Below are positions 1-8,680 of a stretch of DNA of 47,068 nt, in pieces. The first letter of the stretch is position 1. Each line of letters starts with the position of its first letter. A program made the position numbers and the translations under genes. Under the pieces are notes generated by a model. That model ran no database searches. It saw nothing but the letters and a program-made list of their open reading frames with translations, and had not been told where the DNA came from. This DNA comes from Candidatus Omnitrophota bacterium (lineage in GTDB: Bacteria > Hinthialibacterota > Hinthialibacteria > OLB16): assembly GCA_029261095.1 (NCBI GenBank), contig JAJDBZ010000129.1:1-47068 (forward strand), read 5' to 3'.

Positions 1-353
1 TTGACAAAATCAAAGGGTGATACCTGGAGGGCTCCCTGAAGCCTCCCAATGATTTCCAGGGCACGTTGTGAGCCAACCGCTTTCTCCAGAATCTCTCGTG
101 CTTTACCGATGCCTCCTCGGCTGATGTACTGTTGCGCGATCGCGGTGTGATAGAATTCTTCGATCGTCTCGTTAACCTGCGAGATGTCCAGGTTATCCAT
201 CGTGGCAATTTCAATCGTAATTTGTTCGATTTCGGGATCGCTTAGATTCTTATAGATCGCCGCGGCAACATCGGGCCCCAAAGTAAGTAAGAGGATCGCG
301 CCTTTCCGACGTCCTGTGATACTCGATCCCGAATCGCTGCTTCGTCGAACCAT
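1..353 (-). CDS. fliG: Flagellar motor switch protein FliG, N-terminal part (gene continues past the window edge)
   Basis: Not in the ORF track because it is open at the edge. My translation of complement 353..1 is MVRRSSDSGSSITGRRKGAILLLTLGPDVAAAIYKNLSDPEIEQITIEIATMDNLDISQVNETIEEFYHTAIAQQYISRGG... This fits the FliG N-domain pattern (KAAILLL.LG...AA.I.K.L...EIE.I). The ATG lies 6 nt after the fliF stop. Confidence 0.85.
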   Translation of the reverse strand, partial: MVRRSSDSGSSITGRRKGAILLLTLGPDVAAAIYKNLSDPEIEQITIEIATMDNLDISQVNETIEEFYHTAIAQQYISRGGIGKAREILEKAVGSQRALEIIGRLQGALQVSPFDFV

Positions 354-359
354 CGTTCT

Positions 360-1958
360 TTACTCCGACAACCAATTCTTCACAATCTGCGCAACCGCTT
401 CTGGGTCTTCGACCGCAAATTTCTCTATTTGATCTCTTAGCATCTTATTCCTTTGATCCTCTGGCGCTAGGTTCGTCTCATCTCCTAGTTCCTTCAGGCC
501 CATATCCTCCAGGCTCATCGGACCTTGTGGAATTTCCACTTCTTCTTCCACGAGTTCCTCTTCTTCGGCCTCGGCAAACACCTTCCGGAGAATGTAGAAG
601 AAGACGCCTATCAGGATGATCGCGATAATCAGGAAGGTGCCGCTTTCCAATTGACGTACAAGCAAGTCTTTCTTCTCGGCCGATGCGGCAATGAGAGTGC
701 TCGTGTTGTCGAAGGGGATTTCGTTGAACTCGAAATGGTATTCCCCACTCGCGTCAATGTGACCGACAGCCGCTTTCAGTTGTTCTTCGATCACTCCTAG
801 TTCAACTTCTGTCCGAGGTTGATGGACAATCTCTCCATCTTCGAAGACTTGTCTTTGATCGATCGCAATGGAAACATGCTGTGAAAGGATGGCGCCAGGA
901 GCGACCTTCCGAATCTCTTTTCGTTCCATCCGCGGACGGAAATCCTTTTCCGTACTCTCTTCGCTCGATTTCGAATCCGATCCCGATCCCGAGTTTCTGC
1001 CCAATCGATCAGCAGGGTTGTTTTCCGGCGTACCGGGGACACCGCCTGTTTGTGTCGTCTCTTCGCTTGACTCCTCTGTCTTGACCCGAATCGCGAGAGG
1101 GGATTCAGTATCGACTATGGTTTCTTCGATCTCGAGTTTGTCGTAGTCAAGCTCGAGCATGACCGAACTCGTATAGTTGTGTGCTCCACCGACAATTGGG
1201 CCCAGGATTGCAGCGATACGTGCGTTCTTCTTTTCTTCGAGTTCCTTCTCGGCTTTCCGTTGTTCGCTTGCGACCTGTTCGCTCTCGCTAGCTTCCACAA
1301 ATCCTTGCAACAACTGCGTTCCGTTCGCCACGACTTTGACATTGACTGGTTCGAGCCCAGGAAGTGCATTGGCAACCAACCACTGAATGGCTTCAACTTC
1401 GTTTCGAGAAAGGGTTCCTGATTGTGTTTTAATACTCACCGAAGCTGCAGCCTTGCTATCTCCACTCGGGAAGAGCGCACGCTCCCGTCTTGTCAGATGA
1501 ACTCGTGCCCACTGGATGCCTCCACCCTTTTCGATCGTCGTTTCGAGTTCTTCCTGAAGCGCACGGAGTCGTGTTTCATCGAATTGCTCCTTCGTCTGAC
1601 TCCAATTCGGCCCTAGAAGAATGCTGTTTCCGCCCAGGGTTTTCGTTCCTTTCGCCGCGGCATAATCGAACTGAAGTTTTTTTTCATCCTGATAGACATA
1701 GATACTCGACCCGTCATCCCCGATGTCGTAAGTCACATTCTTTTCATCGAGGTAGGAGGTGACCTCTCCCATTTGCGATTGTGAAAGATCGCCCATGAAA
1801 AAATTGCTCGATGGAATAACGAACATCGTCAGCGATAACCCGACGAGCGTTAGAATTAACGCTCCCGCGATTCCACCCATCAACCACTTCTGCGCGCTGG
1901 GTAACTTCTGCCAGAGGTTGCCGATGTCTTCGTAGAGCCGTTCTAACCAGGATGGCAT
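360..1958 (-). CDS. fliF: Flagellar M-ring (MS-ring) protein FliF
   Basis: 532 aa. It has an N-terminal TM (LMGGIAGALILTLVGLSLTMFVI), periplasmic YscJ/FliF-type ring-building motifs and a second TM near the C-terminus (FLIIAIILIGVFFYIL). It sits between fliE and fliG. Confidence 0.9.
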   Translation of the reverse strand: MPSWLERLYEDIGNLWQKLPSAQKWLMGGIAGALILTLVGLSLTMFVIPSSNFFMGDLSQSQMGEVTSYLDEKNVTYDIGDDGSSIYVYQDEKKLQFDYAAAKGTKTLGGNSILLGPNWSQTKEQFDETRLRALQEELETTIEKGGGIQWARVHLTRRERALFPSGDSKAAASVSIKTQSGTLSRNEVEAIQWLVANALPGLEPVNVKVVANGTQLLQGFVEASESEQVASEQRKAEKELEEKKNARIAAILGPIVGGAHNYTSSVMLELDYDKLEIEETIVDTESPLAIRVKTEESSEETTQTGGVPGTPENNPADRLGRNSGSGSDSKSSEESTEKDFRPRMERKEIRKVAPGAILSQHVSIAIDQRQVFEDGEIVHQPRTEVELGVIEEQLKAAVGHIDASGEYHFEFNEIPFDNTSTLIAASAEKKDLLVRQLESGTFLIIAIILIGVFFYILRKVFAEAEEEELVEEEVEIPQGPMSLEDMGLKELGDETNLAPEDQRNKMLRDQIEKFAVEDPEAVAQIVKNWLSE

Positions 1959-1969
1959 AATCGTCTCGC

Positions 1970-2548
1970 CTACCTTTGCGCGAGAGATACCGATCGCCTG
2001 TGAGCGATGGTTCGATCCGGGCTCGTTCCTGGGGGAATGCTCCCAAGGATTCTAACTCTTTCCGTTTGAACAGGGCCCGCAACATCGTCAATTATTTGAA
2101 CAAGTTGGTCTTGGTCCTCTTGAGGAAAATTGGGTGCGACCACAAAGACGACTGTCTCTTCGATCGACATCTCACTCGAGTCCTCGTTAGAGACTGCAAT
2201 ACAAACAGCTGGTTTGGTAACTTGTGGCCAGAGGTCGCCGATGCGCATTTCGATTCGTCTTTCGGCAATCGCGCGCTTGGCTTCTTGTTCTAAGGTGGGA
2301 ATCTCTTTGGCTTTCTCGAGAATCGGTAGTGCGCCTTGTGACACCATTAGGTTCGACCCGGCTTGCTCAACCGAAAATCCAATCCCTTCGCTCAACAGAA
2401 ATCCGATCCACTGCTCGGATGTTTCAGTCGAAATGCCAACGACCAATGCTTCCTGGTGTTTGACTGTTGCCGATTTAGTTTCGAATTCTTGTGGGACCAA
2501 AAAAACTGACACTAAGATATGTGCGACTACTAATCCCGCGTTGCTCAT
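1970..2548 (-). CDS. Hypothetical membrane-anchored protein resembling the FliF N-terminal / SctJ (YscJ) two-RBM periplasmic module
   Basis: 192 aa. A strong SD (GAGGGGGAG) lies about 8 nt upstream of the ATG. The N-terminus is hydrophobic (LVVAHILVSVFLV). Two segments align by eye to RBM1 and RBM2 of the neighbouring FliF. It is located inside the flagellar operon. Confidence 0.6.
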   Translation of the reverse strand: MSNAGLVVAHILVSVFLVPQEFETKSATVKHQEALVVGISTETSEQWIGFLLSEGIGFSVEQAGSNLMVSQGALPILEKAKEIPTLEQEAKRAIAERRIEMRIGDLWPQVTKPAVCIAVSNEDSSEMSIEETVVFVVAPNFPQEDQDQLVQIIDDVAGPVQTERVRILGSIPPGTSPDRTIAHRRSVSLAQR

Positions 2549-2741
2549 GATTTATTCTCCCCCTCATATTGAGTTTCGAGAGGAGACAATCATGCCGGTA
2601 GAATCCATCCCTCATGGATCCCTCGCGTGATCGGTCGAATGGAATCAGATACTGCAGCTCCATCGAACTCCCCCCTCGAATAGAAAAACCGATTCCCCAT
2701 GAGTCGGTTATCCGTTCAAGTTGTCGATAGGATCGAGTCGC

Positions 2742-3053
2742 TTAAACTTGGAGACGCGAAATTTCCTGGTAGGCTTCTACAATCTTGTTGCGGATTTCTA
2801 AAGTGAACTGAAAAGCCAAGTTGGCTTCCTCCGCCGCGACCATGACTTCCCTTAAGTCGGTCACTTCGCCAGTTGCGAACTTTTGAATCTTTTGTTCCGC
2901 AATGTGTTGCAGATCGTTGACTTCCCCCAAGGACTTTTCGAGAACGTCTCGAAACGACACAGACCCCGCCGGCTCCGGGTTCCCTACACCCTTCGCCGCC
3001 TGGCTATCCGTACCACCTGTTCCTATTTGACTTATGGATACTGGATTCACCAT
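2742..3053 (-). CDS. fliE: Flagellar hook-basal body complex protein FliE
   Basis: 103 aa. The C-terminal signature ...DLREVMVAAEEANLAFQFTLEIRNKIVEAYQEISRLQV is typical of FliE. It sits between flgC and fliF. Confidence 0.85.
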   Translation of the reverse strand: MVNPVSISQIGTGGTDSQAAKGVGNPEPAGSVSFRDVLEKSLGEVNDLQHIAEQKIQKFATGEVTDLREVMVAAEEANLAFQFTLEIRNKIVEAYQEISRLQV

Positions 3054-3116
3054 TGATCTATACTACCTTCTCTTTGTCTTTTTTTCCAGTGGGAAAGTCC
3101 GTCTTTTTTTTCTCTA

Positions 3117-3563
3117 TTAACTTCTACCGATTTCCAGCGTTTTCGAGTTCGATTGGCGAATCGAAAGCAGTGCTCTCAGGTTTGCCTCATAGGCCCTCGA
3201 GGAATCGATCAAATTCACCATTTCGTCGGCGATTCGTATGTCTGGTTTCGTCACCATCCCGCTCTCGTTCGCATCTGGATGACCGGGGTCATAGACCTGA
3301 ATGAAGGCCTCATCTCCCTGTTGCTCTATAATTTCCGTAATCTGGACGCCTTGGCCCAGTATCTTCCCCCTCTTTTCTTCATCCAGAATCTTCGAGAAGG
3401 AACCGTGGCTTGAGCCTCCAACTGCTTCGAAAACGACGCCTCTTCGCCTATATGGACCCCCATCTGCGGTTCGAGTCGTCTGGGCGTTCGCGATATTATT
3501 GGCGATGACATCCATTCGGACGCGTTGTGCGAGTAGCCCTGAAGCGGCAACATCAATACTCAT
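3117..3563 (-). CDS. flgC: Flagellar basal-body rod protein FlgC
   Basis: 148 aa. The N-terminus SGLLAQRVRMDVIANNIANAQTT and the C-terminus EMVNLIDSSRAYEANLRAL are canonical rod-protein motifs. Confidence 0.9.
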   Translation of the reverse strand: MSIDVAASGLLAQRVRMDVIANNIANAQTTRTADGGPYRRRGVVFEAVGGSSHGSFSKILDEEKRGKILGQGVQITEIIEQQGDEAFIQVYDPGHPDANESGMVTKPDIRIADEMVNLIDSSRAYEANLRALLSIRQSNSKTLEIGRS

Positions 3564-3593
3564 TTAGATCTTTTTCCTTCCCTGAATCCCTTT

Positions 3594-4013
3594 TTACAGA
3601 TTCCGGCCCGTAATCGCTGACTGGGTGATTCGCTGCTGGCGTATCAATAATTCAGTCAGTTCGTTGATTTTTCCAGTAGATTTGGCTAGTTCCACCATTT
3701 CTTGGTCGATCCGGACATTGCTTCCATCGAACCGGACTGGGGTGCTCATATCGATAGACACTTCCGGCGAGAAATCCTCCAAAGGTCTGTCGACCATTCT
3801 GGATGAAATGGCTCCATTACCTAACCTTTCAGGTCTCATTCGCGCTACTTCACGCTGAAGTTCTTTCTCGAAATTGACTTCTATACGTCTAAAACCTGGC
3901 GTATCCACGTTCGCTATGTTGTTCACGATCGCCCTTTGGCGCGCGGAATGGCCATCGAGAGAGGCTAGAAGGACATTCGGTGTCTGATTTCCACGAAAAA
4001 TATGCTGAATCAC
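3594..4013 (-). CDS. flgB: Flagellar basal-body rod protein FlgB
   Basis: Motifs ARQRAIVNNIANVDTPGFRR and DQEMVELAKSTGKINELTEL. The track ORF starts at ATG 4076 (160 aa). An in-frame GTG at 4013 has GGAG 6 nt upstream and gives the usual size of about 139 aa. The true start is uncertain (4013 or 4076). Confidence 0.8.
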   Translation of the reverse strand: MIQHIFRGNQTPNVLLASLDGHSARQRAIVNNIANVDTPGFRRIEVNFEKELQREVARMRPERLGNGAISSRMVDRPLEDFSPEVSIDMSTPVRFDGSNVRIDQEMVELAKSTGKINELTELLIRQQRITQSAITGRNL

Positions 4014-4286
4014 TGTTTTCTCCAATTCCGGGTGGATCGTTCCCGGATCTCTATGAGCATGAATCGTACCACTCATATACCATAATAAAGAAAACGACTC
4101 AAATTCAGTATTATCAATTGGATATGAGATATACTATGAGTAAGATCTCTTCACTCTGGAGGATATTTTTGCCTGGTGAATCCGACCTTGCCGGTTTATC
4201 GCGACTTCAATTCTCTGATATACTCCTCTCAAAGTTCTCAGGGACCGATATTGGACCCTAAACATCTGTGGGTAAGGGTTAAAACA

Positions 4287-5252
4287 ATGAAATATACGAT
4301 TGGTATGGATGTCGGCGGGACAAAGATTTATACAATTTTGGTGGATGAATCAAACAAGATTCTCGCAACTTCAAAGAGAAAGACCAAAAAAGGCTCACCC
4401 TCTCTGCTTTTGGAGAGGATAGAATCCTGTTACGAGGACCTGCTCCAGCAAGCAGATCTGACTTCCTCCGACATTTCTGGAATTGGTATCGGCTTTCCCG
4501 GTCCTTTGGACCCGAGGACAGGAATTGTCTTCGAAGCAACCAATCTCCCGGAATGGGACCATTTTCCCCTAGCTGACAAGGTCTCGGAAATCTGTAAAAC
4601 ACCTGTTTTTCTTGATAATGACGTCAACTTGGGCACCCTCGGCGAGGCGCTTGCGGGTGCTGGACATGGCGCTGAGAATGTCATTGGCATCTTCCTCGGC
4701 ACCGGTGTGGGCGGGGGTCTTGTTTTCGGCGGTCGCCTTTTTCACGGAACCAGCGGGACAGCTGGTGAAGTCGGTCACATGATCATCCAGCACAAAGGTC
4801 CCAAAAGCCCTAGAAACCTTCGGGGTACTGTCGAAGGTCTGACTAGTAGGACCAGTGTTGTGAAGAAAATAACGCAGAAAATTCAGAAAGGGACTGATTC
4901 CGTCCTTCGACCACTGGTCGAGAGTAAGACGCAGATTAAGAGCCGACCGATTGCGGAGGCATATCGAGCAGGGGACCCACTTGTCAAAACTGTACTTGAT
5001 CAAACGGCCGAGTATGTGGGAGTCACCATTGGTTCACTGGGGAACCTGCTTGCTCCCGATGTGGTCGTCCTCGGTGGTGGACTCATGGAAGCTGTTCCCG
5101 AAGCGATTCTTCCTGTAGCACGAGAAACGGCAAAAAAAATAGTTGTTCCTAGCACTTGGGATTGCATGAAAATCGAAGCCGCTGAACTTGGAGATAATTC
5201 TGGAGCTATGGGAGGAGCTGTCCTTGCAAGGCAACTGACGGGCTCAGCATAA
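4287..5252 (+). CDS. ROK-family sugar kinase (glucokinase-like)
   Basis: MKYTIGMDVGGTKIY..., DNDVNLGTLGE, GTGVGGGLVFGGRLFHGTSGTAGEVGHM are ROK/ASKHA motifs. I prefer ATG 4287 over the track's GTG 4176, because the 37 extra residues lack similarity and the phosphate-1 motif normally sits at the N-terminus. Confidence 0.8.
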   Translation: MKYTIGMDVGGTKIYTILVDESNKILATSKRKTKKGSPSLLLERIESCYEDLLQQADLTSSDISGIGIGFPGPLDPRTGIVFEATNLPEWDHFPLADKVSEICKTPVFLDNDVNLGTLGEALAGAGHGAENVIGIFLGTGVGGGLVFGGRLFHGTSGTAGEVGHMIIQHKGPKSPRNLRGTVEGLTSRTSVVKKITQKIQKGTDSVLRPLVESKTQIKSRPIAEAYRAGDPLVKTVLDQTAEYVGVTIGSLGNLLAPDVVVLGGGLMEAVPEAILPVARETAKKIVVPSTWDCMKIEAAELGDNSGAMGGAVLARQLTGSA

Positions 5253-5506
5253 TAAGGTTGTATAAGAAAGAGAGTATATTCTTTTATTCATCATATTATT
5301 AGTGCTGTGAAAGTTGGTAATTCGATCGTAACCTATTGATAATAAGTAAGATAAGTGATCTAAAAATCTGTGAGCTACTTTGTCGTGTTATTAACATATC
5401 CACCGAGGGTCTTCGTTCGAAGAGACCGGCCTGTTGGGAACTGTGGTGGGAGCCGATAGTACCGACAACTTATCCCTGTTTTGGTCACCTAGTTTTCACA
5501 GAGATT

Positions 5507-6466
5507 TCAGAGCTGGTCTTTCCCGGTGTTCTGTAGAAAAAAGAGCAGGTCGAAGGTGTCGATTTTAGCGTCGTCGACACCATCAAGGAACTCATTTTCT
5601 CCTCCAGTTGGATCCTGCCAGTAGTAAGAGAAGACAAACCAAAAAGCAGGTGTACCCACTGCTGGATCCTCAGGCGTAGGTGTCACCGTTGGCGTATGAG
5701 TCGACGTGAATGTTGGAGTATGGGTAGGTGAAGGCGTCGATGTTGCAGTTGCTGTTGCGGTAGGAGTATTGGTTTCCGACGCGGTCGGAGAGGGTGTCGC
5801 AGTCGGTGTAGGAGTGACGATGAAAGAAGGTTCGACGGTGGTTACATGGAAATCATCCAGGTAACTGGAACTCGATGCGGACGATGTCATCCTCAAGCCA
5901 GATAATGAGGTAATACTTGAGTCCTTGAATCCGAGACCGAAGGCCAAAGGCGTCGTATTGGCATAGAAATCCCATGATTGCTGAGAAAAATTAAGACAAA
6001 CGGTGATTCGAACGAAGTCACTTAGGTCGGTAAACCCTGTCTCGATCCAATCGCCAGAACCGGATCCATTGCCATCTAGGAGAACGATTCCCAGGGTCTC
6101 ATGGAAAATGAAAATCCCACTTGATGCAGCGACTCCATTTAAATCGAGTAAAGTGCTACTCAGAGTGGGCTGAAACCAGCTATCGATATAAACAATTGAA
6201 TTGGAATCATTACTGAGGGTCGTTGAAACGACTGAATCGGGCGAAATCTGAAGTGATTGACTGTTTTCAAAGGAAATACCATCAGTCACCGATGAAATGG
6301 AGGGTCCGGTTACATGGACCCAACCGTTTTGAGGAAGCGGTCCAACCATAAAACTGGGGTTCTCGTCAAACTCGAACCCAGTCGAATAAATGTCCTGCGC
6401 GAGAGTTGGGAAAGTGAAGGTTACTAAACAAACGAACCCAACCAGAAAACTCGAGAAACGTGTCAT
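5507..6466 (-). CDS. Secreted protein: signal peptide, jelly-roll-like domain, Thr/Pro linker, short dockerin-like C-terminal tag
   Basis: 319 aa. Signal peptide MTRFSSFLVGFVCLVTFTFPTLAQD. TP-rich linker at aa 218-266. Tail ...FWFVFSYYWQDPTGGENEFLDGVDDAKIDTFDLLFFLQN. Confidence 0.7.
   Translation of the reverse strand: MTRFSSFLVGFVCLVTFTFPTLAQDIYSTGFEFDENPSFMVGPLPQNGWVHVTGPSISSVTDGISFENSQSLQISPDSVVSTTLSNDSNSIVYIDSWFQPTLSSTLLDLNGVAASSGIFIFHETLGIVLLDGNGSGSGDWIETGFTDLSDFVRITVCLNFSQQSWDFYANTTPLAFGLGFKDSSITSLSGLRMTSSASSSSYLDDFHVTTVEPSFIVTPTPTATPSPTASETNTPTATATATSTPSPTHTPTFTSTHTPTVTPTPEDPAVGTPAFWFVFSYYWQDPTGGENEFLDGVDDAKIDTFDLLFFLQNTGKDQL
5669..5815 (-). repeat. Coding low-complexity Thr/Pro(-Ala/Ser) linker
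   Basis: Encodes TPTPTATPSPTASETNTPTATATATSTPSPTHTPTFTSTHTPTVTPTP. The nucleotides show ACN/CCN periodicity. Confidence 0.9.
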
Positions 6467-6617
6467 CCGTTAAACCCTCTTGACCCTTGAACTCACTCTA
6501 TGATTATTTCAAATGAAACATTTAGCAAGAGACCCATCCCTTTGTCATTCTTTTCTCATCAACTCGCACGGCTACCTCTCTTCACCCAAACCGACCAGAC
6601 TCTAAAATAGGGCTGAT

Positions 6618-8507
6618 ATGTTTGTTGTCATCATTTTTCTATTCATCCTTATTTCCACCGTCATTTCCGCGAGTCTCCTGACATCTAGACTCTCAGCCTC
6701 GATCAGCGAACAAACCTTGGCGGCCTGCATCCTAGGTTTCTTTTATCTGACACTATCCTCAACATTTCTTCTGTTCCTAGGTCAACTCCAAACAAAATCA
6801 TTGTGCATCCTGCTTGCTGGAACGGTTCTGATATCAGCCGGAATTAGACACAAACTAACCTCACCGCGCTCCACAGCCAATCTTAAAGAAAGAAAGATCC
6901 ATGATGAAAAAGGCCCCATAGTCACCACAGCTTTCATCGTCAGCGCTGCCATCGTGCTTCATACTTTCCTCGGCGCACTGACCCCTGAAGTCAGAAGCGA
7001 TCCCCTTCGTTATCATCTGCGTCTAGCCCAGCAGTATGCTCTACGTGGAGCGATGGAACCACTCAAGGAGAACCCATGGTGGGCCATTCCCCAGTATGCC
7101 GAAGCCGTATATGCCACGGGCATCCTTCTCTGGAACGACACACTGGCAAAACTCTTCCACTGGTATGCCGGAGTCCTGACGTTCGGGACCGTTTTCTTCT
7201 TCACACGCTGGAGGTTTGGTTGCTCTGCCGCAGCTTGGGCGCTCATTCTTTGGGCGACCACACCCAAGGTTTCCTATGAGATGACCACAACCTATGTGGA
7301 GATGATTCTGACTTTATGGGTCTTCCTCTCCTTCCTATCCGGTTACGCCTCTCTCGTCATTAGCGATTTCAAAACAGCGGGGCGATGCCTTCTCTTATCC
7401 GGTTTTTTTATGGGAATGGCCTTTGGAACCAAATACACTGCCTTAGCAGTGCAAGGAGTTCCTTGGCTCATATTTCCAGCGTTCTTCCTCCTCACGAAGC
7501 AAGGGCGAATGAAGACTCGGATTTTCTATTTTGTTTTTTCTGGAGCAGCACTCTTACTTGCTGATTCTCCTTGGTTGATCCGGAATCTATACTACACGGG
7601 CAACCCGCTCTATCCACTCTACAACCACTTGTGGGGCCTGACAGAAGGGGTGGATCGAGGAATCGAACTGTTTTTCCTGACTGTTTGGCCTGGTAGTAAT
7701 CTCCTTCATCCCAATTTTTACTTTGAAAGAATTATGGGATTGTTTTACTCCGGCTATGTATTTCCTGGACTTGTCGTTCTTCTTCCACTCTTTCATTTCT
7801 TGTTGGCGAGACAGGAGCAGAAAAGAAAAAATCTCCCAGCTGCAGACTGTGTCGCCATTGTTTTCTGTTTCTTGTCATTCTTATTCTATCTCGTCTTCAC
7901 CGGGAACATGGACGGCCGATTCTATCTCCCCACGCTCGCGGTCATGATATGCTATTTGGGCGGGATCACTCAGTCGATCATCAACCTCCTGGGTCTCAAC
8001 ACGCTAAAGAAGAATTCTGTCATCTTCGCAGTTCTCGCCCTTTTGACCTACAACTATGTCGGCCAGCGTCTGGCGTTCTTCTCCTATTTTCGGGAAAGCC
8101 CTCTCCCAATCCTATCCGAGACGGAACGCTGGAGCTATTACCAGAAGCATGACGTGGGAGAGCCGGAAGGAGAACTCTGGGAGAAAATCATCCCGAACGA
8201 TGCGTTCGTCTACAACATCGGGTTTCCATATCGAATGAAAGCCATTCACCCGTTGAAAGAGGGAATCACAGATCCCTCGATCGACCCCTCTACACTGATA
8301 CCCACCAGTATCGATCCAGTTGAAGACCCGTTCCAAGCAAGCGACCGGAGTCCAGAGGCACTCCGAAAAATAGTCCATCATGCAGGCGTCGACTATCTCT
8401 TACTTCCCACACACCCAGGACACCAAGAAGGACCCCTTTGGCGCGTCGCACGTGAGGTTTTCCAGACAGTTCCCGGGAGTTCAGGGAGGCTCTTGAAAGT
8501 AGATTGA
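6618..8507 (+). CDS. Polytopic membrane protein, GT-C-fold glycosyltransferase-like (ArnT/PMT_2-like)
   Basis: 629 aa. More than 10 hydrophobic helices over the first ~480 aa and a soluble C-terminal ~150 aa. The overall architecture and segments such as FGTKYTALAV resemble the PMT_2/ArnT family. The family call is tentative. Confidence 0.45.
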   Translation: MFVVIIFLFILISTVISASLLTSRLSASISEQTLAACILGFFYLTLSSTFLLFLGQLQTKSLCILLAGTVLISAGIRHKLTSPRSTANLKERKIHDEKGPIVTTAFIVSAAIVLHTFLGALTPEVRSDPLRYHLRLAQQYALRGAMEPLKENPWWAIPQYAEAVYATGILLWNDTLAKLFHWYAGVLTFGTVFFFTRWRFGCSAAAWALILWATTPKVSYEMTTTYVEMILTLWVFLSFLSGYASLVISDFKTAGRCLLLSGFFMGMAFGTKYTALAVQGVPWLIFPAFFLLTKQGRMKTRIFYFVFSGAALLLADSPWLIRNLYYTGNPLYPLYNHLWGLTEGVDRGIELFFLTVWPGSNLLHPNFYFERIMGLFYSGYVFPGLVVLLPLFHFLLARQEQKRKNLPAADCVAIVFCFLSFLFYLVFTGNMDGRFYLPTLAVMICYLGGITQSIINLLGLNTLKKNSVIFAVLALLTYNYVGQRLAFFSYFRESPLPILSETERWSYYQKHDVGEPEGELWEKIIPNDAFVYNIGFPYRMKAIHPLKEGITDPSIDPSTLIPTSIDPVEDPFQASDRSPEALRKIVHHAGVDYLLLPTHPGHQEGPLWRVAREVFQTVPGSSGRLLKVD

Positions 8508-8680
8508 AGGCTGAAAAGGCGATTCCAACCGGACAAGTACTCCTATCGAGCAAGTGATTCCTCTATAATTACCAAAACGTGCACTAGGAGCATCTCATTC
8601 CAAGCGGAACTCCTTCTTTCCGTAAGTGGAGAATACGCTCCACCGAGGTCCTGCTTCCTCTACTCGCCTTTAGCGTTTCG

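Noticed and set aside
2009-2018. GGTTCGATCC, which resembles a tRNA T-loop.
   Set aside because: The flanking bases (GATGG / CGGGC) cannot form a T-stem and no acceptor or anticodon arms are apparent. It lies inside the 1970..2548 coding frame.
4157-4172. TGGAGGATATTTTTGC, a sigma-54-like -24/-12 element in the flgB/ROK intergenic region.
   Set aside because: The GG to GC spacing is 11 nt rather than 10, and it is on the plus strand pointing at the ROK gene, not at the flagellar operon. I found no convincing sigma-54, sigma-28 or sigma-70 match on the minus strand upstream of flgB either.
5253-5506. A markedly AT-rich 254-nt spacer between two convergent genes, with an imperfect hairpin GGTCTTCGTTCGAAGAGACC at about 5408..5427. 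Possible sRNA or bidirectional terminator.
   Set aside because: The hairpin has a bulged stem and no T-tract, and there is no conserved RNA motif I recognise. The 66-aa ORF 5336..5536 has no SD and looks spurious. AT-richness alone is not evidence.
6480-6507. TTGACC ... TATGAT/GATTAT as a promoter for the GT-C gene. Similar weak -35/-10 pairs occur in 22678..22777, 41317..41506 and 42812..42919.
   Set aside because: The spacer is 13 nt for the better -10, or the -10 is poor at 16 nt. The other regions gave only 3-4 of 6 matches. This is not supportable without transcript data.
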